From NCBI GenBank assembly GCA_046290465.1, contig JBKAGP010000001.1, positions 1,216,001 to 1,280,000 of the forward strand: DNA of 64,000 nt, given 5' to 3'. The stretch is from Planctomycetota bacterium (GTDB taxonomy: Bacteria > Planctomycetota > UBA1135 > UBA2386). The first letter of the stretch is position 1, and every line of letters begins with the position of its first letter. The notes below the pieces were generated by a model, which was given only the letters and a program-made list of their open reading frames with translations, had not been told where the DNA came from and did no database searches. Shown here piece by piece: positions 30,012 to 40,146 of the stretch. Both the position numbers and the translations under genes were made by a program.

Positions 30012-31772
30012 ATGCCCTACGCCCGCCGCTCGCCGTCCAGCTTTCGCATGCTCCCCGTCCGCGCAGCGCTCGCGGCCGGCCTCGCGCTCACCGGAGGCCT
30101 CGCGGCGCAGGGACCTGCCGGCGAAGGCGCCGCGACCGACGACGCGACGCGCTGGTTCGGGGTGCCGGCCCTGCAGCCGGCGCAGACCAGGCTCGAACCG
30201 CACCAACTGGCGACCCCGCAGGCGACGCTCGAGCTGTTCCTCGACCGCGCCCAGGAGCGCGACTGGCAGCGCGCCGCCGCCGCGCTCGACGTGCGCTACA
30301 TGGGCGACGCGGCCAACCCGGCGGTGCTGGCCGAACAGTTCTACTTCGTGCTCCAGCAACAGCTCTGGATCGACTGGGGCACGGTGCCCGATCGCCCCGA
30401 CGGCCTGATCGAGCCCGGCCTGCTCGAGAACAACAGCCCGGTCGTCGGTCGGCCGCGGCGCGGCATCCGGCTCGGGAACATCGAGATCCGCGATCGACTG
30501 ATGCCGATCCAACTGCACCGGATCAAGGCGCCCGGCCACGAGCCGATCTGGGTGTTCGCGGCGCAGACCGTCAAGAACGTGCCGGCGCTCTACGAGGAGC
30601 ACGGACCGAGCGGGCTGGCGCAGATGATGCCCTCCTGGGCGCGCGAGCGAGGCCCGCTGCGTCTGCCCATCTGGCAGTGGATCGGGCTGGCGCTGGCGCT
30701 GGTCGTCGCCCCGGCGATCGGCATCGTCAGCAGCAGCTGGCTGGCACGACTCGCCGCCCGCAACACCCCCGAGAACTGGCGCGAGGTCACGCTGAAGATC
30801 CGCTGGCCGATCTGCCTGCTGGTCGCAACGGTGCTGGTCTGGGTGCTCGTCAACGATGTGCTCGGCCTGCCCAGCAGCCTGGCGTCGTTCCTGCGCCCCG
30901 CCACGATGATCGCGACCGTGGCGGCGTTCGTGTGGCTGCTGATGCGCATCATCAGCATCGTCATCGACAGCATCATGACCCGGTCGCTCGGGGACGACGA
31001 CGCCGAGCAGGACGCACGGCGACGGGCGTTGACGCAGGTCAAGGTCGCCCGCCACGTGATCGTGTTCGGGCTCGCGATCTTCGGCATCGCGATCGTGCTG
31101 CTGCAGCTCAACTCGCTGCGCTCGGTCGGCGTCATGCTGCTGTCGTCGGCCGGCGCAATGGCCGTGATCCTCGGCATCGCCGGCCACGCCGTGCTCGGCA
31201 ACCTGGTCGCCGGCCTGCACATCGCGTTCACCCAGCCGTTCCGGATCGGCGACATCGTCGTCGTCGAGGGCCACTGGGGCCGCATCGAGGACATCAGCTA
31301 CGTCAACGTGGTCGTGCGCACGTGGGACGAACGGCGGCTGGTGTTCCCGATCCGCCACTTCGTCGAGCACTGGTTCGAGAACTGGTCGAAGACCGACGAG
31401 TTCACGCTGCAGACCATGAAGCTGAAGGTCGACTACCGCGCGCGCGTCGAGGACATCCGCAGCAAGTTCGAGGAGATCGTCACGGCGGACGAGGACTTCG
31501 ACACCCGCAAGGACCCCGAGGTGCTGGTCACCGAGTGTGGCGACGAGACCGTGACGCTGCGGATGAGCGCCGGCGGCAAGGACGCCAGCGCGGCCTGGCG
31601 GATGATCAACCGGGTTCGGGAGAGCACCATCCGCTGGCTGCAGGACGTCGAAGGCGGCGCGTGGCTGCCCCGCCGTCGCCTGACCGTGCACGATGCGGCG
31701 GCGGGTCGCGAAGCGGGCCCAAGCAAGGGCACCGGCAAGGGCGACGGCAAGGACACCGGCGACGACGACTGA
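30012..31772 (+). CDS. MscS-family mechanosensitive channel with periplasmic N-terminal domain
   Basis: LGNLVAGLHIAFTQPFRIGD, GRIEDI, VVRTWDERR; start at 30012 or 30048. Confidence 0.9.
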   Translation: MPYARRSPSSFRMLPVRAALAAGLALTGGLAAQGPAGEGAATDDATRWFGVPALQPAQTRLEPHQLATPQATLELFLDRAQERDWQRAAAALDVRYMGDAANPAVLAEQFYFVLQQQLWIDWGTVPDRPDGLIEPGLLENNSPVVGRPRRGIRLGNIEIRDRLMPIQLHRIKAPGHEPIWVFAAQTVKNVPALYEEHGPSGLAQMMPSWARERGPLRLPIWQWIGLALALVVAPAIGIVSSSWLARLAARNTPENWREVTLKIRWPICLLVATVLVWVLVNDVLGLPSSLASFLRPATMIATVAAFVWLLMRIISIVIDSIMTRSLGDDDAEQDARRRALTQVKVARHVIVFGLAIFGIAIVLLQLNSLRSVGVMLLSSAGAMAVILGIAGHAVLGNLVAGLHIAFTQPFRIGDIVVVEGHWGRIEDISYVNVVVRTWDERRLVFPIRHFVEHWFENWSKTDEFTLQTMKLKVDYRARVEDIRSKFEEIVTADEDFDTRKDPEVLVTECGDETVTLRMSAGGKDASAAWRMINRVRESTIRWLQDVEGGAWLPRRRLTVHDAAAGREAGPSKGTGKGDGKDTGDDD

Positions 31773-31793
31773 CCGGCCGACGGATCCGAACCG

Positions 31794-34112
31794 CTACAGC
31801 GGCTCATTGCCGATCGCATACTCGCGCCACTCCTCGAAGTCGAAGTGCCACCACTCGTGCTCGTAGACGGCGAAGCCCTGCTCCTCCATCGCGCGGCGCA
31901 GCAGTTCGCGGTAGTGGCGCTGCCGTGACGTGCCGCCCGGGTAGTCCGGGTAGGCGCGCTCGGTGAACTCGTCGTAGCCGGACGGCATCTCGATCTGCTC
32001 GCCGGTCTTCAGGTCGTAGAGCGTCAGGTCGACGGCGCAGCCGCGGTTGTGGCGCGAGCCGCGCATCGGGTCGGCGACGAACAGCTTCAGGTGGCGCGGC
32101 GCCGCGTCCCAGAACACCTTGGTCACCCACCACGGCCGGTAGCCGTCGAACACCTGGATGCCGACGCCGTGGCGGCCGAGCGCGCGGTGCGCGCGCACCA
32201 GCGCCTCGGCCGCCGGCCGCTGCAGCTTGGCGACCGGCTGGTCGTAGACCTTGGCGCCGAGGAAGTTGTCTTCGCTCGCGTAGCGGATGTCGAAGCGCAG
32301 GCCGTCGCCGCCGTCGATCGTGCGCAGGTCGACCAGGTCGTGCGGGCGGTTGCCGCGCCGCAGCACCTCGGGCATCGGCGTCGCGCGCGCCGCGGCGATC
32401 AGCTCGGGCACCGGCCGCACCGCCTGCATGCGGAACGTGCCGGCGGTCGGACCGGGCCGCCGCGGGAACCGCGCGCCGCTGACGAACACCGCCTCGACCG
32501 CGCCGCTGGCGTCGCGTTCGAAGCGCAGCTGGTCGTCGTGGTACATGCCCGGCGGAAAGCTGTAGAGGTCGGGGCCGACGCGGTCGGGCAGGTCGCGCAT
32601 CACCCACTCGACCAGCACCGCGAGCCTGCCCTGGTCCTCGTAGACGACCAGCGCGTTGTGGTCCCAGCCGTACTCGCCGAGCAGTTCGCGCAGCTCTTCG
32701 GGGGCCTTGGCCGGCACCGTGTCATCGCGCACGTAGTCGTTGCGGAAGCCGCGCAGGTTGCCGTCGGGCAAGAACGTCAGCCGCCGCGAACGCCCGATGC
32801 CGAGCGGGTCGTCGGCGACCAGCGAACCGTCGGCCGCGAGACGCAGCCGCGTGCGCACGCCGATGTTCGGGTCGTAGTAGAGGTCGCCGTCGCGTTCGAC
32901 CAGGTGCACCCAGTTGTCGCCGGTGCGCCAGCGGCCGGCCAGCGCCCGCGCCCGTTCGACGCCGAGCGGCTGCGGCCACTGCGGCGGCGGCAGGGTCTCG
33001 CCGCGGCGGTTGGCGAGCACCGCGCGCAGCGCGCGATCGGCGATCTCGTCGGCGACCTCGTTGGCGAAGTCCTTGGTGCAGACCACGGCGACCGCGACGC
33101 CCTGGTCGGGCAGCGCAGCGAGCGTCGACGCGAAGCCGTAGACGGCGCCGCCGTGCGCGACCTTGCGGTGGCCTTCGAGGCTCGACACGAAGAAGCCGAG
33201 CCCGCAGCGAGTGTTGGCGTCGGCCGGCACCCACATGCTCGCCTGCGTGTCGCTGCGGATCACGCGCTCGGGCGCGCCCGGGAACCAGCTGCGCGCGAAC
33301 CGCACCAGGTCGACCGTGGTGCTGCGCAGCTCGGCCGCCGGCACGTAGCCGAAGCGCCACTCCGGCGTCGCGATCTTGCGGCCGTCGTAGGTCCACATCA
33401 CGCCGTGCGCCTGCCGTGCGAGCAGGTCCGGTCGCGGTGCGAAGTCCGAATCGCCCAGGCCGAGCGGCGTCAGCACCAGGTCGCGCACCGCGTCCTCGAA
33501 CGGCTTGCCGGTCGCGCGCGCGACGACTTCGCCGACCACACCGATGCCGGGGTTGGAGTACTTGAACGTCGTGCCCGGGGCGTGCACCAGCCGCGTCCGC
33601 GACAGGCTCGCAACGGTCGCGGACAGGCTCGGCTCGTCGGCGTCGAAGTAGTGACCGACCGGCGACTCGCGCACCAGGCCGGCGCGGTGGCTCATCAGCA
33701 GCCGCAGGGTGATCGGCACCCCGTAGGGGTCCTCGGGCGCGAACTCCGGCAGGTAGGTCTGGATCGGCTCGTCGAGATCGAGCTGGCCGCGTTCGACCAG
33801 CACCATCGCGGCGGTGTCGGTGAACAGCTTGCTGATCGACGCGACCCGGTGCGTCGCCAGCACCTCGCGGGCGTGCGCCGACGGCAGGCTGTTGACCGGC
33901 GCGCCCAGGTGGTCGGCCCACAGGTGCTGCTCGCCGGTCGCGGGATCGACCTCGAGCAGCGCGATCCAGACGCCCGGCACGCCCATCTCGACGCGGTGCC
34001 GTTCGGCGAACTGCAGCAGGTCGTCGCGGAACCCGTCGAAGCGCGGGGCCTCGAAGCGTGGCTGCGTCGAACATCCGGCCAACAGGGCGAGCAACAGCAG
34101 TTTGCGGCGCAT
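31794..34112 (-). CDS. Lipoprotein fusion: serine hydrolase (beta-lactamase/AmpC-like) plus D-Ala-D-Ala dipeptidase (VanX/DdpX, M15)
   Basis: Lipobox LLAGC; SISK, YSN and HGG motifs; C-terminal DGYRP, SRHNRGCAVD and EWWH. Confidence 0.9.
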   Translation of the reverse strand: MRRKLLLLALLAGCSTQPRFEAPRFDGFRDDLLQFAERHRVEMGVPGVWIALLEVDPATGEQHLWADHLGAPVNSLPSAHAREVLATHRVASISKLFTDTAAMVLVERGQLDLDEPIQTYLPEFAPEDPYGVPITLRLLMSHRAGLVRESPVGHYFDADEPSLSATVASLSRTRLVHAPGTTFKYSNPGIGVVGEVVARATGKPFEDAVRDLVLTPLGLGDSDFAPRPDLLARQAHGVMWTYDGRKIATPEWRFGYVPAAELRSTTVDLVRFARSWFPGAPERVIRSDTQASMWVPADANTRCGLGFFVSSLEGHRKVAHGGAVYGFASTLAALPDQGVAVAVVCTKDFANEVADEIADRALRAVLANRRGETLPPPQWPQPLGVERARALAGRWRTGDNWVHLVERDGDLYYDPNIGVRTRLRLAADGSLVADDPLGIGRSRRLTFLPDGNLRGFRNDYVRDDTVPAKAPEELRELLGEYGWDHNALVVYEDQGRLAVLVEWVMRDLPDRVGPDLYSFPPGMYHDDQLRFERDASGAVEAVFVSGARFPRRPGPTAGTFRMQAVRPVPELIAAARATPMPEVLRRGNRPHDLVDLRTIDGGDGLRFDIRYASEDNFLGAKVYDQPVAKLQRPAAEALVRAHRALGRHGVGIQVFDGYRPWWVTKVFWDAAPRHLKLFVADPMRGSRHNRGCAVDLTLYDLKTGEQIEMPSGYDEFTERAYPDYPGGTSRQRHYRELLRRAMEEQGFAVYEHEWWHFDFEEWREYAIGNEPL

Positions 34113-34147
34113 GCCAGCAAGCGTGCCCGCTAGCATGCCCGCCAGCA

Positions 34148-34744
34148 ATGACCCACGGCGGGCACAGCGAGACGGTGCAGTTCGATTACGACCAGGCCGA
34201 CATGGCCGACGTGCGCGCCACGGTCGAACAGGTCTCGCGTCTCACCCACCCGCAGCGCGCCCGTTCGGCCGCGATCGCCGCCGGCATGCTGGGCGTCGCG
34301 GCGACCTCGCTGCTGATGCTGACGCTGCTCGACGATCGCTTTGCGTGGCCGACGTCGACGCGGCTGCTGCTGGCGGCCGCGATCGGGCTGTGCGGCTTCG
34401 TGCTCGAGTTCGCGCTGTGGCCGCGCCGCATGCGGCGCCGGTTACGCCGCGAGGTCGACGACGGCTGGACGCCGGACGGCCTGCACACCTGCGTGGTCAC
34501 GCGCGACGAGGTCGGCATCTGGTGCCGGCAGCCCGGCCTGACGCTGCAGATCCCGTACGACGAGGTCGCCCACGTCGGCTTCGACGGCCCCGACGTCGAG
34601 ATCCACGGCTACTTCGGCGACTTCGTCAACATCCGCGCACGCGCCTTCGACTCGCCCGAGCACGCGCGCAGCTTCGCCGAACGGGTCGAGCGCGCGGCGG
34701 CCGCCGCGCAGGCGCCGGACGAGCCGGAACTCTGGACCCGATGA
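34148..34744 (+). CDS. Hypothetical 2-TM protein (YcxB-like C-terminal domain)
   Basis: Two TM segments, then QIPYDEV...NIRARAFDSPE; ATGA overlap with the next gene. Confidence 0.6.
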   Translation: MTHGGHSETVQFDYDQADMADVRATVEQVSRLTHPQRARSAAIAAGMLGVAATSLLMLTLLDDRFAWPTSTRLLLAAAIGLCGFVLEFALWPRRMRRRLRREVDDGWTPDGLHTCVVTRDEVGIWCRQPGLTLQIPYDEVAHVGFDGPDVEIHGYFGDFVNIRARAFDSPEHARSFAERVERAAAAAQAPDEPELWTR

Positions 34745-35235
34745 CCGCCGTACGCCCCACGTTCTCGTTCCGGTTCGACCAGGCCTTCGTCCAGCGTGCG
34801 CTGCGCCGGGACCGCAACTGGGGCGTGCTCAAGGTCCTGCTGCTCTACGCGATCGCGGCACCGCTGGTCGTGTTCGGCCTCGACGCGCACGGCGGCCTGA
34901 CCTACGGCATCCTCGGCGGCGGCTTCGTCGCGACGATGACGTTCGTGGTCGCGCTGTTCGCCAAGGCGGCCAACTCGGTGCACGCCATCTGGCTGCGCCA
35001 GTCGCCGTCGCTGACGATCCGCTACGAACTCGACGACGACGGCTTCTCGATCCACATGGACCACGCCAGCAGCCGGTTCGCCTGGCAGGGGCTGCGCCAG
35101 CTCTGGCGCTACCCCGACGTCTGGCTGATCGAGGTCGTCAGGAAGCAGAGCGCGTTCTCCCCGCCCGAGGCGGTCGACGCCGAGGCGCTCGCGTTCGTCG
35201 AACGCAAGTGCCGTGAGGGCGGCGCAAAGGTGTAA
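34741..35235 (+). CDS. YcxB-like 2-TM protein
   Basis: Two TM segments, then YELDDDG...SRFAWQGLRQLW pattern. Confidence 0.65.
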   Translation: MTAVRPTFSFRFDQAFVQRALRRDRNWGVLKVLLLYAIAAPLVVFGLDAHGGLTYGILGGGFVATMTFVVALFAKAANSVHAIWLRQSPSLTIRYELDDDGFSIHMDHASSRFAWQGLRQLWRYPDVWLIEVVRKQSAFSPPEAVDAEALAFVERKCREGGAKV

Positions 35236-35248
35236 GGCGCGTCCGGGT

Positions 35249-38200
35249 CTAGCCGAAGCCGACCTGTTCTTCGCCGGCGATGCGCTGCTTCTTGGCCGGG
35301 TCCTTACCGCCACCGGGCACGCCACCGTCCTGGATCGTGTCGACCTCGTGCAGCGCGACCGCGATCCGCGACGAGACGCCGCGGCGCTGCATCGTGATGC
35401 CGTAGAGAACCTGGCACTCGGCCATCGTGCGCTTGTGGTGCGTCACGATGCAGAACTGGGTCTCGCCGGTGAAGTCGCGCAGCACGCGCAGGAAGCGCTC
35501 GACGTTGGTCTCGTCGAGGGCGGCGTCGACTTCGTCGAGGATGCAGAACGGGCTCGGGCGCACCTTGAACAGCGCGAACAGGATCGCGACCGCCGTCATC
35601 GTGCGCTCGCCGCCGGACAGCAGGTTGATCGACTGCAGCTGCTTGCCGGGCGGCTGCGCGACGATCTCGATGCCGGCCTCGAGCATGTCCTCCTCGGTGT
35701 TGCTGAGGAACATGTCGGCCTTGCCGCCCTGGAACAGCTTCCGGAAGATCTCCTGGAAGTTCTTCCGGGCCTCGTGGAACGTGTCCTCGAACAGCGACTT
35801 CGACTCCATCTCGAGGCGCCGCAGCGTCTCCATCAGGGTCTTGCGCGCTTCCTTCAGGTCGGCGACCTCCTGCTCGAGCTGCGAGAAGTTGCCCTCTTCC
35901 TCGTCGAGCTCTTGCACCGCGTCGACGTTGACCGCACCGAGGCGGTCCTTCTGGCTCTGCAGGACCTGGACCTCCTTGCGCGCCTGGCTGGCGTCGAAGT
36001 CGTCCTCGAGCCACAGGCGCCGCAGGTTGTGCCACTGCTCGACGACGGCCGGGGGCAGCGGCGGCCCCTGCAAGAACGCCACCACGTCGCCCGGCGCGAC
36101 CGGCCCGTGCAGCAGGGCGTGGTCGATGCGGCCGATGCCGACGACCTCGCCGAGGCAGCGGCGCAGTTCGATGCCGGTCTCCTCGCGCAGGCGGTCCTCG
36201 AGGCGTTCGAAGCGGTGCTCGACGTCGGCGACGCCGAGCCGCGTCTGCGACAGCGACTCGTTGGCGACCGCGCGGCGCTGCTCCCAGTCCTGGACCTGCT
36301 CGAGCACCTCTTCCCGCGCCTCGCGGGCGCGCGAGACCTGCTCGTCGGCGGCCTCCTTCTTGATCGTCAGCTCGGCGAAGGTCTCCTCGAGCGCCGCCGC
36401 CGTCTCGAGCAACTGCTCCTGCTCGGCCAGCGCCTGGGCCCGGTCGTCCTCGGCCTGCTGCTGGCGATCGGTGATCTCCTGCAGCGCGCGGTCGAAGTCG
36501 CGCACCGCCTCCTCGTGCATCTTGATCGACCGCACCAGACCCTCGCGGACCTCGCCGGTCTGCACCTGCTGGATGCGCAGGTTCTGCTCCTTGTCCTGCT
36601 GCTCGCGCTGCGCCTCCTCGGCGAGGCGGATCTTCTCGCCGAAGCCCTGCTCCTCGTCGCCGGCGAGCTTCTCGAGGCGGATCAACAGGTGCTGGTTGAG
36701 CAGCGACGTGCCGAGGTCGGCGTAGGCGCGCGCGCCGGAGTGGCCCAGCTCGGCCGCCTCCTGCGCGATCTCGTCGAACTCGCGGTCGATGTCCTCGTTG
36801 CGCGCCACCAGCCGCGACTCCTGCGCATGCGCCGCCTGGGCGTCGCGGCGCACGCGCGACAGCGCGTCGCCGACCGCCTTGAGTTCGCGCTTGAGCCGGT
36901 CGACGCGACCGGTCGCCGCCTCCTTGCCCTGCTGCAGGCCGCGCATCTCCAGCTGCAGCTGTTCGGCGCGTTCGCCGAGTTCGACGATCTGCGAACGGCG
37001 CACGACCAGGCCCTGGTGGCCCTCGGCGGCGAGGCCGCCCTCCATGCGCGGACCGCAGACGAGCGTGCCGTCGGGGGTGACGAAGCACAGGTCGGCGCGG
37101 CTCGAGTCGGCGATGTCGAAGTCGGCGACGACGACGCCGCGCAGCAGCCAGCCCATCAGCTTGCGGCTGGCGGCAGAGCCGGCCTGCTCGCCCTCCTCCT
37201 GCTGTTCGACGACGTGGCGGACCAGGTCGGTCAGGTACTCGGCGCCGCTCGGCGGCTTCAGCAGCGAACTGCCGCGCGCGCACGGCGGCTGGTCGCCGAA
37301 CGCCTCCTCGACCAGCAGCAGCACCCGACCGAGACGCTGCTCGGACAGGTCGCGCACGATCGCCGCGGCGTTCTCGCGGGTGTCGACGACCAGCGCCTGC
37401 ACGTACGGCCCGAGCGCGGCCTCGAGCGCGGCGCCGTGCTGGCTGTCAATCTCGATCAGGTCCAGCAGCCGGCCGCGCAGGCCCTCGGGCTGCTGCTCGA
37501 GCACGTAGCGCGGGCCCTGGTCGAAGCCCTCCATGTGGGCCTCCATCGCCATCAGCGCCTGCCGACGTCCTTCGACCTCGGTCAACTGGTAGCGCAGGCT
37601 CGACTCCTGCTCGGCGAGCTCGGCGGCGGCCGCGTCGGCGCCCTCGAGGTCGCGCAGCGACACCTGTTCGCGCTCCTCGAGCAGGCGTTCGCGGGTGCCG
37701 TGGTCGACCAGCTCGTCGCGCCAGCGCCGCAGGTCGGTGCCCAGCCGGTCGGCCTCCTGGCGCAGGACGCCGCGGCGCTCGGCGAGTCGCGCCTCACGGT
37801 TGCGGGTGGCGGCGACCTTGGCCGCCGCGTCGGACGCGACGTTGCGCGCGCGGGTGCGGCGGTGCAGCAGGTCGAGCTGCCGTTCGCGGATCGTCTCGCG
37901 CGCCTGGACCAGCTCCTTCATCGCGCTGGCCGCCTGCTGCGTGACCTCACGCTGCTCCTCGAGCTGCTTGTGCAGCTCGATCAGGTCGGCCTCCTTCTGC
38001 GCCAGGTCGTCGCGCGCGGTCTCGAGCACGACGTTGCGCTCGTCGCGCTGCGACACCAGGCCCTCGCTGCGCTGGCGGCCACGTTCGAGCTCCGCCAGAC
38101 GGTCCTCGGCGCGGCGACCGAACGAGTCGGCGCGCTCCTTGTGCTGCAGCAGCTCGGTCTGGCACCGGCGCAGCTCTTCCTGCACGGCCTCGAGCGCGGT

Positions 38201-39037
38201 CGCGAACTCGGCGATCGCCGCGTCCTTCTGCTCCAGCTCGATGCCCTTCTCCTCGCGCCCGGCCTCGGCCGCGACCAGGTCCTCCTGCAGCGTCGTCAGC
38301 CGCTGGGCCTGGGCGTGCCACTGCTCGCGCAGCTGCTCGCCGTCGACGACCGCGAGCGCCGCACGCAGGTCGCAGAGCGCCGCCTGCAGTTCCTTGAAGC
38401 GCCGCGCCTTGCCGGCCTGGATGCGCAGGCTGCGGATCCGTCGGCCGCGCTCCTCGAGCAGGTCGGTGACGCGCGCGAGGTTCTGGTCGGTGCGCTCGAG
38501 CTTGCGCAGCGTCTCCTTCTTCTGCAACTTGAAGCGCGCGACGCCGGCGGCCTCCTCGAAGATCGCGCGGCGCGCCTCGGGGTTGGCCGACAGCACGGCG
38601 TCGATGCGGCCCTGCTCCATCACGGAGTAGCCGCCGGTGCCGAGGCCGGTGTCGAGCAGCACGTCGCGAACGTCCTTGAGCCGCACCTCGCTGCCGTTGA
38701 CCAGGTAGCTCGACTCCTTGTCGAGCGTCAGCCGGCGCGCGATGTCGATCTCGGTGTGGCCGTCGAAGCGGCCCTCCGGATCCTCGAACGTGATCGTGAC
38801 CTCGGCCATGCCCATGGCCTCGCGGCCTTCGGCACCCTTGAAGATCACGTCGGTCATCGCCGAGCCGCGCAGGCTCTTGGCGCGCTGGTCGCCGAGCACC
38901 CACTTGATGGCGTCGACGACGTTCGACTTGCCGCAGCCGTTGGGACCGATGATCCCGGTCAGGCGCGAGTCGAACTCGAACTCGGTCTTGTCCGCGAACG
39001 ACTTGAAGCCGCGGGCGACGAGGCGCTTGAGACGCAT
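35249..39037 (-). CDS. smc: Chromosome segregation protein SMC
   Basis: GFKSFAD, Walker A GPNGCGKS, coiled coils, hinge, LSGGE, ILDEVDAALD. Confidence 0.97.
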   Translation of the reverse strand: MRLKRLVARGFKSFADKTEFEFDSRLTGIIGPNGCGKSNVVDAIKWVLGDQRAKSLRGSAMTDVIFKGAEGREAMGMAEVTITFEDPEGRFDGHTEIDIARRLTLDKESSYLVNGSEVRLKDVRDVLLDTGLGTGGYSVMEQGRIDAVLSANPEARRAIFEEAAGVARFKLQKKETLRKLERTDQNLARVTDLLEERGRRIRSLRIQAGKARRFKELQAALCDLRAALAVVDGEQLREQWHAQAQRLTTLQEDLVAAEAGREEKGIELEQKDAAIAEFATALEAVQEELRRCQTELLQHKERADSFGRRAEDRLAELERGRQRSEGLVSQRDERNVVLETARDDLAQKEADLIELHKQLEEQREVTQQAASAMKELVQARETIRERQLDLLHRRTRARNVASDAAAKVAATRNREARLAERRGVLRQEADRLGTDLRRWRDELVDHGTRERLLEEREQVSLRDLEGADAAAAELAEQESSLRYQLTEVEGRRQALMAMEAHMEGFDQGPRYVLEQQPEGLRGRLLDLIEIDSQHGAALEAALGPYVQALVVDTRENAAAIVRDLSEQRLGRVLLLVEEAFGDQPPCARGSSLLKPPSGAEYLTDLVRHVVEQQEEGEQAGSAASRKLMGWLLRGVVVADFDIADSSRADLCFVTPDGTLVCGPRMEGGLAAEGHQGLVVRRSQIVELGERAEQLQLEMRGLQQGKEAATGRVDRLKRELKAVGDALSRVRRDAQAAHAQESRLVARNEDIDREFDEIAQEAAELGHSGARAYADLGTSLLNQHLLIRLEKLAGDEEQGFGEKIRLAEEAQREQQDKEQNLRIQQVQTGEVREGLVRSIKMHEEAVRDFDRALQEITDRQQQAEDDRAQALAEQEQLLETAAALEETFAELTIKKEAADEQVSRAREAREEVLEQVQDWEQRRAVANESLSQTRLGVADVEHRFERLEDRLREETGIELRRCLGEVVGIGRIDHALLHGPVAPGDVVAFLQGPPLPPAVVEQWHNLRRLWLEDDFDASQARKEVQVLQSQKDRLGAVNVDAVQELDEEEGNFSQLEQEVADLKEARKTLMETLRRLEMESKSLFEDTFHEARKNFQEIFRKLFQGGKADMFLSNTEEDMLEAGIEIVAQPPGKQLQSINLLSGGERTMTAVAILFALFKVRPSPFCILDEVDAALDETNVERFLRVLRDFTGETQFCIVTHHKRTMAECQVLYGITMQRRGVSSRIAVALHEVDTIQDGGVPGGGKDPAKKQRIAGEEQVGFG

Positions 39038-39040
39038 GGC

Positions 39041-39574
39041 CTAGCCCTCTCCCGCCCAGCGGCCGCCGAGGGGATCCCTCGCGCCGGGCGCGTCCGAGCC
39101 AGCCGACGAGCCAGCCGACGAGTCAGCCGACGAGTCAGCCGACGACTTGCGCGCGGCCAGCGGACCAGCCAGCGGATTGTCCAGCGGACCAGCCTGCGTC
39201 GTCGACGCACCTGTGGGCGGCGCCAGCGTCGCGACCGACTGGCGGCGACGGCTGCGCTCGGCCTGCACGGCGCCGTACGACACCGCAGCCGCCGGCTGGC
39301 CGGTGACGACCAGCAGGTGCTGCACCGCGTCGGCGATCTCGCTGGTGTTCAGCACCAGCTTGCCCTCCGCGCGGACCGGCTGCTCGGCGGCGTCGCGGCT
39401 GCGACGACTGCGCAGGCCCTCGAGCACCACCGTCGCGAGTTCGAGTGCACGCCAGTCCTCGTCCACCCCGATCTCGTAGAGAGCAAGGTGGATCGACCGC
39501 GCCAGCTTCGTGGCTCGCAGGAACTCGCGCCGACCATCGCGCTTCTCAACCAGATGTTCCGTCCGCCTCTTCAT
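39041..39574 (-). CDS. Stand-alone ATP-cone-like domain protein with low-complexity tail
   Basis: VEKRDGRRE...KLARSI...TSEIADAVQHLL pattern; overlaps the nrdR end by 29 bp and ends 3 bp before smc. Confidence 0.75.
   Translation of the reverse strand: MKRRTEHLVEKRDGRREFLRATKLARSIHLALYEIGVDEDWRALELATVVLEGLRSRRSRDAAEQPVRAEGKLVLNTSEIADAVQHLLVVTGQPAAAVSYGAVQAERSRRRQSVATLAPPTGASTTQAGPLDNPLAGPLAARKSSADSSADSSAGSSAGSDAPGARDPLGGRWAGEG
39095..39145. repeat. 12-bp tandem repeat CGAGYCAGCCGA x4 (SSAD/SSAG)
   Basis: Read directly in the tail of the ATP-cone gene. Confidence 0.8.
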
Positions 39575-40040
39575 GACCGCCCTCTCGCCGCTTCTCCAGC
39601 ATTGGCTTCAGCTCTTCGAGGAACTGGCTGACGTCCTTGAACTCGCGGTAGACCGACGCGAAGCGCACGTAGGCCACCTGATCGAGTTGGCGCAGTTCCT
39701 GCATGATGAGGTTGCCGACGACCTTGCTCGGCACCTCCTTGTCGAAGGCCTCCATGCACTGGCGTTCGATGCGGTCGGTCACGTCCTCGAGTTGCTCGTT
39801 GGACACCGGCCGCTTCTCGCACGCCGTCAGCAGGCCGCGGAGCACCTTGGTTCGATCGAACGCCACCCGCTCTCCGTTCTTCTTGACGACCCGCAGCGGC
39901 GCCATCTCGGCGCGTTCGTAGGTCGTGTAGCGTCGGCCGCAGTCGGCACAGACGCGCCGACGCCGGATCGCGAAGCCATCGGAGCTCGCACGCGAGTCGA
40001 TGACGCGATCGTTGTCGGCCTTGCAGTAGGGACAGCGCAT
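39546..40040 (-). CDS. nrdR: Transcriptional repressor NrdR
   Basis: MRCPYC, RRRRVC-x-x-C, TTYE, VVKKNG, VAYVRFASVYREF. Confidence 0.97.
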   Translation of the reverse strand: MRCPYCKADNDRVIDSRASSDGFAIRRRRVCADCGRRYTTYERAEMAPLRVVKKNGERVAFDRTKVLRGLLTACEKRPVSNEQLEDVTDRIERQCMEAFDKEVPSKVVGNLIMQELRQLDQVAYVRFASVYREFKDVSQFLEELKPMLEKRREGGHEEADGTSG

Positions 40041-40146
40041 GGACGTTCGGTTCGCCGGTGGCCTGTAGACGCCCACCACCGGAAAGGTTGCTCAGCGGAT
40101 TCAGGGAGCCGTCTGACCACGTCTCCCAGGCCTTGCACTGGCCGAG

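Noticed and set aside
35213..39631. Very long antisense ORFs (e.g. 35213..39631 +, 46584..51212 +, 19696..22983 +, 3321..6359 +)
   Set aside because: They are shadow frames of real genes in high-GC DNA, with no recognisable motifs
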